A stretch of 64,000 nt of DNA from Candidatus Latescibacterota bacterium (GTDB lineage: Bacteria > Latescibacterota > UBA2968 > GCA-2709665), in contig OZ241917.1 of the NCBI GenBank assembly GCA_965203805.1, forward strand, positions 4,736,001-4,800,000, in the 5' to 3' direction. The notes under the pieces are model-generated. The model saw only the letters and a list, made by a program, of their open reading frames with translations. It ran no database searches and was not told the origin of the DNA. The position numbers and the translations under genes are program-made. Positions 10,262 through 20,172 of this stretch are shown in pieces (the stretch's first letter is position 1; each line of letters begins with the position of its first letter).

Positions 10262-10290
10262 TTGACATAATACGGCATTGCCGTATTTTC
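10262..10290 (+). promoter_or_regulatory. Sigma-70 promoter overlapped by a palindromic operator
   Basis: TTGACA at 10262-10267; perfect inverted repeat AATACGGCA-T-TGCCGTATT at 10269-10287, just before the toxin ATG. Confidence 0.75.
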
Positions 10291-10294
10291 TATT

Positions 10295-10609
10295 ATGTAC
10301 ACTTTTGTTGAGACAAGGCTCTTCACGCGTCTTGTCCGAAGATTTCTCTCAGATCAAGAGTATAGCGAAATGCAATTGGCGTTGATCGCTGATCCGAACG
10401 CTGGCGATGTCATTCCTGGTTCAGGAGGCGTACGAAAGCTACGGTGGCGACAGCGGGGACTGGGTAAACGCGGCGGATACCGAGTCATCTATTTTGTGAA
10501 ACGAGCCTCCCGTGTATTCTGGATGCTCACGATGTATCCCAAGAATGTAACGGAAAACGTCCCCATCGATATCCTGCGACGGATTCGCAAGGAGGTACAG
10601 GATGAATAG
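10295..10609 (+). CDS. RelE/HigB-family toxin
   Basis: GDVIPGSGGVRKLRW...GKRGGYRVIY...LTMYPKN. Confidence 0.92.
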   Translation: MYTFVETRLFTRLVRRFLSDQEYSEMQLALIADPNAGDVIPGSGGVRKLRWRQRGLGKRGGYRVIYFVKRASRVFWMLTMYPKNVTENVPIDILRRIRKEVQDE

Positions 10610-10874
10610 TGTGAAACGAGACGTGGGCCGCGAGATTCTGGAAGGGTTACGAGAAATCAAGCGAGGCGAGCACGGCCGGGTGATCAATGTGCCGGATGTC
10701 ATACGCATACGGAAGGAAGCAGGTCTGTCACAGGCACAGTTCGCCCAAGTGCTGGGTGTTTCGGTGCGAACGCTTCAGGATTGGGAACAGGCCCGCCGTC
10801 GTCCATCGGGCGCCGCGCGTACTTTGCTGTTGGTCGCTGACCGGAACCTTCAGGCGGTCCTGGACGTGGCTTGA
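10602..10874 (+). CDS. HigA-like XRE HTH antitoxin
   Basis: IRKEAGLSQAQFAQVLGVSVRTLQDWEQARRRPSGAA; overlaps the toxin stop. Confidence 0.92.
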   Translation: MNSVKRDVGREILEGLREIKRGEHGRVINVPDVIRIRKEAGLSQAQFAQVLGVSVRTLQDWEQARRRPSGAARTLLLVADRNLQAVLDVA

Positions 10875-11021
10875 GTAGGCCGGGATAGAGGATCGCTCGT
10901 CGAATCGCCCGCGGGATCGCCGTCGAAGCGCGCGCTTCAGCGATATCTGATGTGGAAGGCGCGCGGCTGCTGCCGGTGCATCGACGACTAAGTCGGGACT
11001 CAATGCCAAGGGGGGCGAAAT

Positions 11022-12698
11022 ATGTGGGCCTCATTGCGGGAATTTCTACGAATTCCGCGTGAACTCACGGGTAGAAACGTTCGAATTGCCGTTGTCGACG
11101 GAGAATTCCCGAAGCACCCGGATATTTGCACCAATGACCGGCGCACTTCCTGCCTTGTTCCAGGCATGTCAGAGCCCGATGCGTCTCCCGAAGTGTTCAC
11201 CGCGGAACCGGGGCCGTGGAAAGGAGGCTTGCACGCGCTGTGCGCGGCAGCGGCCGCCGGGGGGTCTGGGGCCGAATCGGGAGGACTGTACACGGGCGCG
11301 GCGCCGGAAGCGGACCTGTTTCTCGTTGCGATGTATTCGAGAGAGCCGGGATGGGAGGGTGAAAAGGCACACATCAAAGCCCTGGAATGGGTTCGGGCCA
11401 ACTGGCGGAAATACGAAATACGCGGTGTGCTGTCATCGCGGAAGAGTCAGATCGGCTCGGGTGTTCTCCCGTGGCAGACCGACCGGCGCCGGATTCTGTG
11501 TGAGGAGTTGGTCGCCGACGGTTTGCTCGTGGTCTCCTCATCGGGGAATCGACCGGACGAGACCACTGCCATTGCCGAAGCCGCGGCCCCGTCCGTCCTT
11601 TCGGTTGGAGGCGTCACAATTCCGCCGGACGGGGACCCGGACCGGGCAATGATGTATCACGGGTGCCGGGGGACCACGTTCGAGGGCAAATGGGTGCCTG
11701 AGGTACTGGCCCCGGCGCAAAACGTCGTCCTTCCCCGCAGAAACGACGAAGAGATTGAAACCCATTACTATGGAAACATGGACGATCTGCCGGCCCGCTA
11801 CGCCCGGACAAATGGAACATCGTTTTCGGGTCCGGCGCTTCTCGGGGCGGCGGCCTGTGTCTGGCAGGCGCATCCGGACTGGTCGGCGGGCGAAATGAAA
11901 TCGGCCCTGATATCAACGTCGCTGAGAATGTCCGCCTGGTCCGGATTGCGCGCCGGCCTCGTGTCGGTTACCGGCGCCGTGGCTGAATACACTCCGGAAG
12001 CTGACCATGGATCCGTGATGAGTCCGTATCGGCACTGGTCGACGTTGCGGAAAATCTCTCATGAAGACAGGTTGAATCAGATCGAGAGCGACAATTCCGA
12101 TGACGTCCGGGAGGCCATCCTTTCGTTCATTGGCGACGATCTGCCAGATCGCACTTCCCGTGCGATTTGCAAACAGAAGAAACATCGCGTGCCCCATGTT
12201 CGCGCCGCGGCCCTGTGCGCGATTGCTCGCGGACGCAGGTCTCTAGTGAATTCGGCCTATGCTCTTGATGCGCTTCGGGATACTTCGCAGGTCGTCCGAA
12301 TGGCGGGTGTTTATCTGTTAACGCGACGTTCGGACCTCTGGTCGGAATGCGCGGAATGTCTTGCGGATTGCTTCGACGATTCAAGCCTTGACGTCAGAAT
12401 CGAGTCTCTTGTTCTCGCCAGGAGAATGGCGTATCCGGATTTTGCTGGGGAAATCGCCGCCGGTCTTGAAGAGGACGCCCGGACGGGGCGTGTCGCAAAT
12501 TTCGCCGCTCGAAGAGATGCGCTTGAGGCGATAACAGGACAGCGATTGCCGCTGCGACCTCCATATAAATTCGGGCAACCTTCGCAGGGGGATCCGCTGA
12601 AGGTTGCCCGGGTATATTTGGCGTGTCGATGGATGGATTGGTTAAGCGAGAATAGGGAGATGCAGCGCACGTCGTTCAATCGTACGCTTATTCGATGA
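11022..12698 (+). CDS. S8 (subtilisin-like) serine peptidase with C-terminal HEAT-like repeats
   Basis: Triad IAVVDG / HAL / NGTSFSGP and oxyanion SSGN. C-terminal helical repeats (DDVREAIL, PHVRAAAL, QVVRMAGV, LDVRIESL). No signal peptide. Confidence 0.8.
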   Translation: MWASLREFLRIPRELTGRNVRIAVVDGEFPKHPDICTNDRRTSCLVPGMSEPDASPEVFTAEPGPWKGGLHALCAAAAAGGSGAESGGLYTGAAPEADLFLVAMYSREPGWEGEKAHIKALEWVRANWRKYEIRGVLSSRKSQIGSGVLPWQTDRRRILCEELVADGLLVVSSSGNRPDETTAIAEAAAPSVLSVGGVTIPPDGDPDRAMMYHGCRGTTFEGKWVPEVLAPAQNVVLPRRNDEEIETHYYGNMDDLPARYARTNGTSFSGPALLGAAACVWQAHPDWSAGEMKSALISTSLRMSAWSGLRAGLVSVTGAVAEYTPEADHGSVMSPYRHWSTLRKISHEDRLNQIESDNSDDVREAILSFIGDDLPDRTSRAICKQKKHRVPHVRAAALCAIARGRRSLVNSAYALDALRDTSQVVRMAGVYLLTRRSDLWSECAECLADCFDDSSLDVRIESLVLARRMAYPDFAGEIAAGLEEDARTGRVANFAARRDALEAITGQRLPLRPPYKFGQPSQGDPLKVARVYLACRWMDWLSENREMQRTSFNRTLIR

Positions 12699-13491
12699 CC
12701 ACCAGGACGGCCTCTCCCTTCAGGAGGTCGTTGACCAGGGTGACGTGGGTGCCTTCAGCGCTCAGGCTGACTGTATAGTCCTTGTCTTTTTTAAGCTTTC
12801 CGGAACGGCCGATCAGCTCCTTCAGTTTCTTTCCGCGTTCCAGGGTCACGCGCTCGCCGATAGCGAAATACTTGACCTTCATATCCTTGTGTCCGGGTTT
12901 CTGGACCAGTTTGTACCCTTTGCGGAAGAACCTTCGGCCGGTCTCCAGGAATCCATCCGCCTTGAGACCATCCTCCGTGCCCACCACCACGCGCACGGCG
13001 TTCTTGGCCTGGTCGAGTTCGGCTTCCGTCTTTTCAATATTCTGTTGGGCCGTATCCAGGTCCTTTGACAACTTCATCGCAACGTCTCTCTGGTCGCGCA
13101 GCGCGACGGTGAGGCTGTCCGATTCGGTAATCAGACGGTCGATTTTCGCTGCGTCGGCCACCTTCTGCTCCTCCAGTTCGGTGATTGCTGCCTGCAACTC
13201 TTCGTTCTTGCGCCGGCGCTGCTCGGCGATGGCGCGATATTTCTTGACTTCCTTCTGGAGTTGTTGGTTTTTCTCCTGCAGGAGCATCTCGAACTTGGTA
13301 AGGCTGTCGAGTTGCGTCTTCAGGGTGACGAGCTCGGTCTGGGCGCTTCCCACCTCGGTCTCGAGGGAGTCGATGCTGGCTTCCTTCTGCGCGATGACCC
13401 GTTGCTGTCTCTCCACTTCACTTTCTCCGCATGCGCTCAGGCCGATGCAGAGGAGCAGTGCGAGGGAAAGACCCGAAAAAATCCTGTTCAT
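12688..13491 (-). CDS. Coiled-coil lipoprotein
   Basis: Lipobox LSAC, ~140-aa heptad region, small C-terminal domain starting VVVGTEDGLK. Confidence 0.8.
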   Translation of the reverse strand: MNRIFSGLSLALLLCIGLSACGESEVERQQRVIAQKEASIDSLETEVGSAQTELVTLKTQLDSLTKFEMLLQEKNQQLQKEVKKYRAIAEQRRRKNEELQAAITELEEQKVADAAKIDRLITESDSLTVALRDQRDVAMKLSKDLDTAQQNIEKTEAELDQAKNAVRVVVGTEDGLKADGFLETGRRFFRKGYKLVQKPGHKDMKVKYFAIGERVTLERGKKLKELIGRSGKLKKDKDYTVSLSAEGTHVTLVNDLLKGEAVLVVIE

Positions 13492-14223
13492 GCTATCATC
13501 TCCCGTGATAGGGTGAACGGCAAGGTCCCCGATACGTCACGCCGGGAACCGTTCTCCAACCTTGATTCGTCAGTTTTCGGCGACGTTAAATCGAATATAC
13601 GCAAGTTAACAAAGGCGATCTGACGTCGGAATTCCAGGAACCTTCATGTCGCTGGACGTGACCGGAAAAATGTCCATTCCGACGACCTTTTCGGCCCTAT
13701 TCTGAAGGATTTGTCGCGTCGCCTCGTTGCTGATTTGTCAAGTCAAGGTAAATGCATCATATCCCATGAATACCATGCATCTGGCGACCGCGACTGATTC
13801 GTCTGACGGTATGCGATGTATTCAACCCGTTCTGCTCACCCTTATACATAATGAATTCCGCCACTTTCTGCAAGGTTTATACCTGCAAAAAGAGGTGAAT
13901 TGATGCACACGCGGGTTACCGGACCGGCTGATGGAACCTGGATCAGGTTTCGAACGCAGTCGAAGAGAATTACGACGATTTCAAACGGGACAGACGCATC
14001 ACAGCCGGTTATGCTGCGGAAGCGGATGTGAGGGTGGCAGACGTTCCTGTCTGCCTGCTTCGATGACGACGATGTCTCCGCGCAAATGTGTTTTCTGTGC
14101 TATTGAGTCAAGGACAATCGAACGGAAGGTGATTCTTCATATGATCGACTTCGATAAAATGTCTCATTTCTTCCCAAACCTGTGGCGAAAATTGCATTTT
14201 CAGATACAACACGGACCTGCATA

Positions 14224-14745
14224 ATGATCTTATCGGGAAAAATGATCCACGAGCAAATGGGAAAAGGCATCATCATCGAGCCGTTCGATCAGGCCCGGCT
14301 CAATCCGAACAGCTACAATCTCTCGCTGGCCGATGAACTGGTGGTGTACGAGGATGGCGTTCTCGATATGAAAAAGAAGAATCGGACCCGGTCCATTCGG
14401 ATTCCCGAGGACGGGTACGAGATGCAACCCCGTAGGCTCTATCTCGGCCGAACGGCGGAATACACCAGAACGGATAACTTCGTCCCCATGCTCGAGGGCC
14501 GCTCCTCAGTGGGTAGGCTGGGGCTGTTTGTGCACGTCACCGCGGGTTTTGGCGACGTGGGCTTCGCCGGCTACTGGACGCTCGAGATGTTCTGCATTCA
14601 GCCCGTCCGGATCTATCCGAACGTGGAAATCTGCCAGATCTACTATCATACGCTGGATGGCGATTTCGAGACCTACAAAAGTGCAAAATACCAGAACAAC
14701 AGCGGCATCCAGCCCAGCCGCATGTATCTGGACTTCGTCGAATGA
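14224..14745 (+). CDS. dcd: dCTP deaminase
   Basis: NPNSYNLSL, EGRSSVGRLGL, TAGFGDVGFAGYWTLE, ICQI, KYQN. Confidence 0.93.
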   Translation: MILSGKMIHEQMGKGIIIEPFDQARLNPNSYNLSLADELVVYEDGVLDMKKKNRTRSIRIPEDGYEMQPRRLYLGRTAEYTRTDNFVPMLEGRSSVGRLGLFVHVTAGFGDVGFAGYWTLEMFCIQPVRIYPNVEICQIYYHTLDGDFETYKSAKYQNNSGIQPSRMYLDFVE

Positions 14746-14821
14746 AGATGCCCGTCCGGGATCCACATAATGCGTCCGCAATTCGCGGCAGGCCGTCTGA
14801 AGCGTACAAGCGATAATTCCA

Positions 14822-15379
14822 ATGTGTCGTGGCATGGATCGATCAGGAATGATACCGACGTTTCTTGCGGACAAGAGGCCCTTTCTTGAGGCGGAAGATG
14901 CGTGGGCGGACGGGGACATGCCTCTGCGGTTTCGCTATTTCCGTTCCGATGAACAGCCGCCAGAAGAGTACATAACTTCCGTTCGATGCCTCCTCTTTCA
15001 GGATGATTCCGTTCTGGTTGTCAGCAACCGGGAAGGCAGGCACATTCTGCCCGGGGGACGCCGCGAAGCGGGAGAAACCTTCGTACAGACGCTGCGCCGC
15101 GAAGTCGCGGAGGAGACCGGGTGGTCCATTGAATCCATCTCGCGTCTGGGATTCATCCACCTGCAACATCTCAAGCCGAAGCCGCCTGGATACCGATTCC
15201 CCCATCCTCACTTTTTTCAGGTTGTCTACGTTGCCCACGCTTCCACGCCTGTGCCGGAATCGGTCCGCGACGACGACTATGAAGAAGCAGCGGCGTTTGT
15301 CCCTATAAGCAAACTCCTCGGGCTGGGCATTTCCAAACCCGAGTTGGAATATGTCAGTTTTGCCTCAGAAAGGGCTTGA
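14822..15379 (+). CDS. NUDIX hydrolase
   Basis: Nudix box GGRREAGETFVQTLRREVAEETGW. Confidence 0.9.
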   Translation: MCRGMDRSGMIPTFLADKRPFLEAEDAWADGDMPLRFRYFRSDEQPPEEYITSVRCLLFQDDSVLVVSNREGRHILPGGRREAGETFVQTLRREVAEETGWSIESISRLGFIHLQHLKPKPPGYRFPHPHFFQVVYVAHASTPVPESVRDDDYEEAAAFVPISKLLGLGISKPELEYVSFASERA

Positions 15380-15819
15380 TCGTGTTCAGGATCGGTGTTT
15401 TCGGCATCATTACCGATGACGAGGACCGCGTCCTGCTGTGCCACCGGCGCGACTTCGATCTTTGGAATCTGCCCGGCGGCGGCGTGGAGGAAGGCGAGAA
15501 TCCGTGGGATGCGCTCGTGCGGGAGATAGAAGAAGAGACAGGTTTGAAGGCGGCGCCGGTTCATCTCAGCGGCATTTACAGCAAACCGGACAGGAACGAG
15601 GTTGTATTTTCATTCTACTGCCGGGTGACCGGAGGAGCGATCCGGCTCACGAATGAGGCGGACCGGATCGAATACTTTCACCAGAATCGCGTACCGATGA
15701 ACACGGTACCAAAGCAGGTCGAGCGCATCAGGGATTACTTCGCGGACAGGACGAGGACCCATTTCAATGTACAAACCGGTCCTTCTGCCATTGAATTGAT
15801 TAAGCAGGGTAAGATCTGA
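15376..15819 (+). CDS. NUDIX hydrolase
   Basis: Nudix box GGGVEEGENPWDALVREIEEETGL. Confidence 0.9.
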   Translation: MIVFRIGVFGIITDDEDRVLLCHRRDFDLWNLPGGGVEEGENPWDALVREIEEETGLKAAPVHLSGIYSKPDRNEVVFSFYCRVTGGAIRLTNEADRIEYFHQNRVPMNTVPKQVERIRDYFADRTRTHFNVQTGPSAIELIKQGKI

Positions 15820-15879
15820 GCCGACCGTCCATTGTTCAGATTCGCGTCAATGCCTCGCGTCTGACCGGTCATTAACGAA

Positions 15880-16488
15880 ATGGCAGATTCAATATTCATT
15901 GGTGTGGCGATCGTCCTTAGAGAGAAGGATGGTCTTCTCTTTGAGCTTCAGAGATCCGCGAAGTGGAAACGCGGTCTGGATGGGGTCCGGGAAATCGGCC
16001 TGAGTTGCATCGGCGGCACGGTGGAGGAAGGGGAGTCCCTCGAAGGCGCGCTGCAGAGGGAAGCGATGGAGGAAATCGGATGCAGGGTTTCCTTCGATCC
16101 ATCGCCCTGTCCCTTTTCGATGGACCCCGCCGGAAACGTGTCGCCGCTTGTGCCCGGTAGCGTGCCGGATGGCGTGCATTGTCTGTGGGAAGGAAACGAC
16201 CCGGGATATGTGCCCGGCGGGAAGGTGGCGGTGTATGCGGGCCATACGGTCGGCCGGGTAGCGCCGGGCGATCTGTCGGCCATCGCGACGCTGAAGCCGG
16301 ACCTGTTCCTCGAACTCGCCACAGAAAGTCTCACCGTCGAGGGCCTTCAGCAGCGTGGAGGCGTTCTCCAAGAACGGACGCCGGTCCCGCGCGCGGCTCG
16401 CCTTAAGCCAGTGGGTACGTCCGCCCGGCTTCTGGACCTGAGGCGACGACATCCTGATCTGCTGCAGCGCCTCTTGGGTGAAGTCTGA
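15880..16488 (+). CDS. NUDIX hydrolase
   Basis: Nudix box GGTVEEGESLEGALQREAMEEIGC. Confidence 0.85.
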   Translation: MADSIFIGVAIVLREKDGLLFELQRSAKWKRGLDGVREIGLSCIGGTVEEGESLEGALQREAMEEIGCRVSFDPSPCPFSMDPAGNVSPLVPGSVPDGVHCLWEGNDPGYVPGGKVAVYAGHTVGRVAPGDLSAIATLKPDLFLELATESLTVEGLQQRGGVLQERTPVPRAARLKPVGTSARLLDLRRRHPDLLQRLLGEV

Positions 16489-16504
16489 CCGTGAGGTCGT
16501 ATTC

Positions 16505-17299
16505 ATGAACGAGATACACGAAGCCAACCGAAAACGCTGGAATGAAATGGCCGGGGATTGGGAGGATCGACTTAACCGCGAAGGCCTCTGGCGCAGGTGT
16601 CACGAAGAACCGGGGTTGGCATTCGACGCGGGCGCGCTTGAGACCATTCGGGAGATGATGGGAACACTTCGCGGCAGGCGCGTCTGTGTGATCGGCAGCG
16701 GCGACAATCTGGCGGCCTATGCACTAGCGGGTCTGGGCGCCAGGGTGACCTCCACGGATATCTCCGAGGAGCGATTGAAATTGGCGGCGGATCGGGCGGA
16801 AGCACTGGGTCTCTCGATTGATTTCGTGCGTTCGGACGCAGCTAACCTCGATTCACTCCCGGGTTCGAGTTTCGATCTGGTGTGTTCGACAAACGGCTTT
16901 TTCGTGTGGATCGCCGATCTCCAGGGAGTATTCTCTGAGGTCGGACGTATACTGAAGTCAGGAGGCGCATACGTCTTCTACGACATTCATCCCTTCACGC
17001 GCCCGTGGAAAGAACAGGTGCCATCTGTCGAAATGGCCAAATCCTATTGGGATACCGGCCCTTTCCAAGGGACCGAAGAGGATTCGTATGAGCATCATTG
17101 GACCCTCGCCGACCTGCTCAATTCGTTGGCGCAGGCCGGATTGGTACTGAAGAAAGTCGTCGAGAGCCCGGCTCGTGACGCCGCATTTTGGCGCGGAAGC
17201 GATGAGATCGCTGATGCGGGCGATTCGTTACTCGATTGGCGGATCCATCCGCGCGCGGGCCTGCCGGTCTGGCTGACCGTCGCCGCATCGGCGCCGTGA
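16505..17299 (+). CDS. Class I SAM-dependent methyltransferase
   Basis: VCVIGSGD, VTSTDIS, SFDLV, RILKSGG...HPF. Confidence 0.88.
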   Translation: MNEIHEANRKRWNEMAGDWEDRLNREGLWRRCHEEPGLAFDAGALETIREMMGTLRGRRVCVIGSGDNLAAYALAGLGARVTSTDISEERLKLAADRAEALGLSIDFVRSDAANLDSLPGSSFDLVCSTNGFFVWIADLQGVFSEVGRILKSGGAYVFYDIHPFTRPWKEQVPSVEMAKSYWDTGPFQGTEEDSYEHHWTLADLLNSLAQAGLVLKKVVESPARDAAFWRGSDEIADAGDSLLDWRIHPRAGLPVWLTVAASAP

Positions 17300-17385
17300 C
17301 GAATACCGACAATCGATTCGCAACCCGTTCAAGGATAAGATTACTCCTGGTTAAACGTCATCCAACACAGAAAGGAATTCATCTT

Positions 17386-18060
17386 ATGCAATCACATCTT
17401 GCCCTTCTTCACACGACACCGGTGCTAATTGATACGTTTGATCGTCTTGTTGAGGACGCTGATCTGGAATTACCCGTCAGACACATTGTGGAAGAGGAAT
17501 TCCTGGCGGAAGCCCGCCAAGAGGGTATCAGCCAGGACCTGGATGACCGGATCGGCGGCCGCATTCGCTCCGCGGTCGAAGAGGGCGCGGCCGTGGTTCT
17601 CTGCACGTGCTCTTCCATTGGAGGAAGCGCGGAAAGAGCGAACGACACCACGGGTGGCGTGGTAATCCGGGTCGATCGCCCAATGGCCGAGAAAGCCGTC
17701 GAAATCGGTTCCCGGATCGTCATCGCAGCCGCGCTCGAGAGTACGCTCGCGCCGACTCGCGACCTCATTCTCGAAACCGCGGGCGCGCGCCAAAAGCGCG
17801 TCGAGCTCATTGAGGTGTTGTGTGACGAGGCCTGGAGCCGGCTGGAGGCGGGAGACCAGCGGGGATATTTGACTGAAATCGCGCGTAAGATCAAGGAAAG
17901 CGCGCCTGAGGGTGACGTCATTGTCCTGGCGCAGGCCTCGATGGCGGGCGCCGCGGACTTGTGCCCGGAAGTTTCAGTTCCTATCCTCAGCAGTCCCGGT
18001 ATCGGCCTGCAGCGCGCAATCGATATCTGGAAACAAAAAGGCGGAATCGAACACGAATAA
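17386..18060 (+). CDS. Asp/Glu/hydantoin racemase-superfamily protein
   Basis: LALLHT, VLCTCSSIG, RVDRPMA, DVIVLAQASMA; AAAGGA RBS. Confidence 0.8.
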   Translation: MQSHLALLHTTPVLIDTFDRLVEDADLELPVRHIVEEEFLAEARQEGISQDLDDRIGGRIRSAVEEGAAVVLCTCSSIGGSAERANDTTGGVVIRVDRPMAEKAVEIGSRIVIAAALESTLAPTRDLILETAGARQKRVELIEVLCDEAWSRLEAGDQRGYLTEIARKIKESAPEGDVIVLAQASMAGAADLCPEVSVPILSSPGIGLQRAIDIWKQKGGIEHE

Positions 18061-18115
18061 ACCTTTTGCGCCCTCCACAATGGCGTATCGACACGACGAA
18101 GAAGCTTGTGTGAGG

Positions 18116-18140
18116 GTGGGGCAGACATTCCTGTCTGCCC
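18116..18140. repeat. REP-like palindrome
   Basis: GTGGGGCAGACATTCCTGTCTGCCC; copies at 22953-22977 and 30333-30362. Confidence 0.75.
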
Positions 18141-18195
18141 TCCGCGCCTCAATAATAAAGGCAAGGTGAGACAAATCGCCCGCGCGATTCAACCC

Positions 18196-19041
18196 ATGGA
18201 TATCCATGAATCGATCGTCCTTAACGTCCTTGATGAGCCGGTCGAGTCGCTGGTGCGGGAGGATGGCGGCTGGACGAATGTCGTCCTGGAAGTGAACGGG
18301 AAGTGGATATTTCGTTTCGTTCGAGATTTCGCGTGTGCGCAGCTTGCCGTCGAGCAGGCATTTCTGCCCGTGTTCAAGGAATGGTCACCGCTTCCGATCC
18401 CGGAAATACGGTATTCGGGCGCCGGTTTCATTGGCTACAAGAAGATCAAGGGTGTCAAGTTTTCCGAGTCCGTTTTCCACGGTCTCGGCGCGAGTGAGAG
18501 GACAACCCTCGCAACGGCTCTTGGCGATTTTCTGTCCGGTCTCCACGCTGTTTCTTTCGAACACCGGCATCTCAAGGCCGCGCCATTCGGCGGCGGCGAT
18601 TTCTGGCGCGAGTTGTGGCCGTCGGTGGCGCCGCGCCTCCGGGACGACATTCGCCAGAAAGCTCATGACTACTTCCGGCAGGCAATTCCAAGAGTAGAAT
18701 CCGCCGCATACCGGACCGTCGTTACACATTCGGACTTCGGAACCAGCAACGTGCTGATCGATACGGTGCGTTCGAGAATCGCCGGCGTGATTGACTTCGG
18801 CGACATCAGCGTCGGCGATCCGGCGGCTGATTTCGCGACCCTCTATCGCAGGTTCGGGAAGCCGTTTGCCAAGGATATGGTCGATGCCTACAGGCTGCCC
18901 GTGGGGGACGGTTTCTGGACGAGGGTGGACTATGAGGCGAAGCGAAAGCTCTTTTTCGTTCTCTTCTTTGCTCTGAATCACGGATTCGACGAAGACGTTT
19001 CCGGCATTGTCCGTAGCATCGAGTCCCAATTTGCGGATTAA
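18196..19041 (+). CDS. Aminoglycoside phosphotransferase (APH)-family kinase
   Basis: THSDFGTSNVL, GVIDFGDISVGDPAADF. Confidence 0.9.
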   Translation: MDIHESIVLNVLDEPVESLVREDGGWTNVVLEVNGKWIFRFVRDFACAQLAVEQAFLPVFKEWSPLPIPEIRYSGAGFIGYKKIKGVKFSESVFHGLGASERTTLATALGDFLSGLHAVSFEHRHLKAAPFGGGDFWRELWPSVAPRLRDDIRQKAHDYFRQAIPRVESAAYRTVVTHSDFGTSNVLIDTVRSRIAGVIDFGDISVGDPAADFATLYRRFGKPFAKDMVDAYRLPVGDGFWTRVDYEAKRKLFFVLFFALNHGFDEDVSGIVRSIESQFAD

Positions 19042-19144
19042 TGGGTTTGACATCTACAGTGTTGCCGTTCCCGCGTTGGGGCAACCCGTGTGGTTGCCCT
19101 GGCGATAGCGCCGATATTCACGAGCAATCAACACAGGTATTGAA

Positions 19145-19693
19145 ATGCTACCTGAGCTTATTGAAACTGACCGGTTGAAACTCAGGCCGTACAGCCTCGA
19201 AGACGTCGAAGACGTTCTGTCGTACGCAACCGATCCCGAGTGGGCGTTTTATGTGCCTGTACCGAAACCGTATACGAGAGCAGACGCCGGAGAATTCCTG
19301 GCGCGCCAACTGTCACAGGACCGCAATAAGCGTGTGTCATGGGCAATCGAGTATACCGGATCAGCCGTCGGCGGCGTGAATATTGCGTTCGACTTCGGGA
19401 ACCGCGTTGGCACAATCGGCTACAGCATCGCCCGGCGTCTATGGGGAAGGGGACTGACCACGGAAGCCGCCGGCGCCGTGATAGAGGAGGCATTTGCCGC
19501 ATTTCCTGATTTGAATCGCATCCAGGCCACGACCGATGAACGGAACGTCGGTTCTCTGCGGGTCATGGAAAAGCTCGGCATGGTCCGTGAAGGCCTCCTG
19601 CGACAGGACCAATACCTGCGGGGAGAGTTCAGGAACACGGTGTGGTGCGGACTGTTGCGGTGCGAATGGGAGGCAAGCAGATACCGGACGTGA
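19145..19693 (+). CDS. RimJ/RimL-type GNAT acetyltransferase
   Basis: IETDRLKLRP, IGYSIARRLWGRGLTTEA, NVGSLRVMEKLGM.REG. Confidence 0.92.
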   Translation: MLPELIETDRLKLRPYSLEDVEDVLSYATDPEWAFYVPVPKPYTRADAGEFLARQLSQDRNKRVSWAIEYTGSAVGGVNIAFDFGNRVGTIGYSIARRLWGRGLTTEAAGAVIEEAFAAFPDLNRIQATTDERNVGSLRVMEKLGMVREGLLRQDQYLRGEFRNTVWCGLLRCEWEASRYRT

Positions 19694-19740
19694 ACCGGGT
19701 TTACCATCGTGCCGAGAGGATGCCTGATAACCGCCCAAAG

Positions 19741-19890
19741 CCGTTCCCTGAGCTTGCGGTGCCCAGAGCCTGTCGAAGGGTCGAAGGGCCGGCGAGGGGT
19801 GCGTGATGGGTAGCAACGCGCGGGCATTTCGACATTTCGACAAGCTCAATGCAGGCAAGCTTACTTCGGCTGGCTCAGCACAGGCAATGA
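19741..19890. repeat. Cluster of nested REP-like palindromes
   Basis: CCCTGAGCTTG[CGGTGCCCAGAGCCTGTCGAAGGG]TCGAAGGG followed by inverted TTCGACAAGCTCA-type copies. Confidence 0.65.
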
Positions 19891-19964
19891 CCGCGCCTGG
19901 ATCTAGAGCGATCAATTCCAGGAATTCAATTGATTCCTTTTGGGAATAATTGAAGAGAAATTCC

Positions 19965-20135
19965 ATGAGTGATCTCAAGAAATACGTTGAGAAGCGCAAA
20001 GCAGAAGACCCCGAATTCGACGAGAATTACGAAAGCGGATATCTGGATTTCAAGACCGGTGCCTTGCTCCGGGAAGCCCGAAAAGAGGCCGGACAGACGG
20101 GGGTTCGAGACCTCCAAACACCTCAGGATACCTGA
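19965..20135 (+). pseudogene. Truncated XRE-family antitoxin-like gene
   Basis: MSDLKKYVEKRKAEDPEFDENYESGYLDFKTGALLREARKEAGQT stops matching just as the HTH begins; no toxin upstream. Confidence 0.7.
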
Positions 20136-20172
20136 ACTCGGCTTCAGAAAAACCAACGGAGGACTCAACGTC

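Noticed and set aside
14224-14745. Anti-phage dCTP deaminase
   Set aside because: The motifs are those of the housekeeping dUTPase-fold Dcd, not the zinc-dependent defence deaminase.
19926-20172. N-terminal extension of the SDR ORF from 19969
   Set aside because: It overlaps the truncated antitoxin in another frame; the SDR fold begins at ATG 20173 after a GGAGG RBS.
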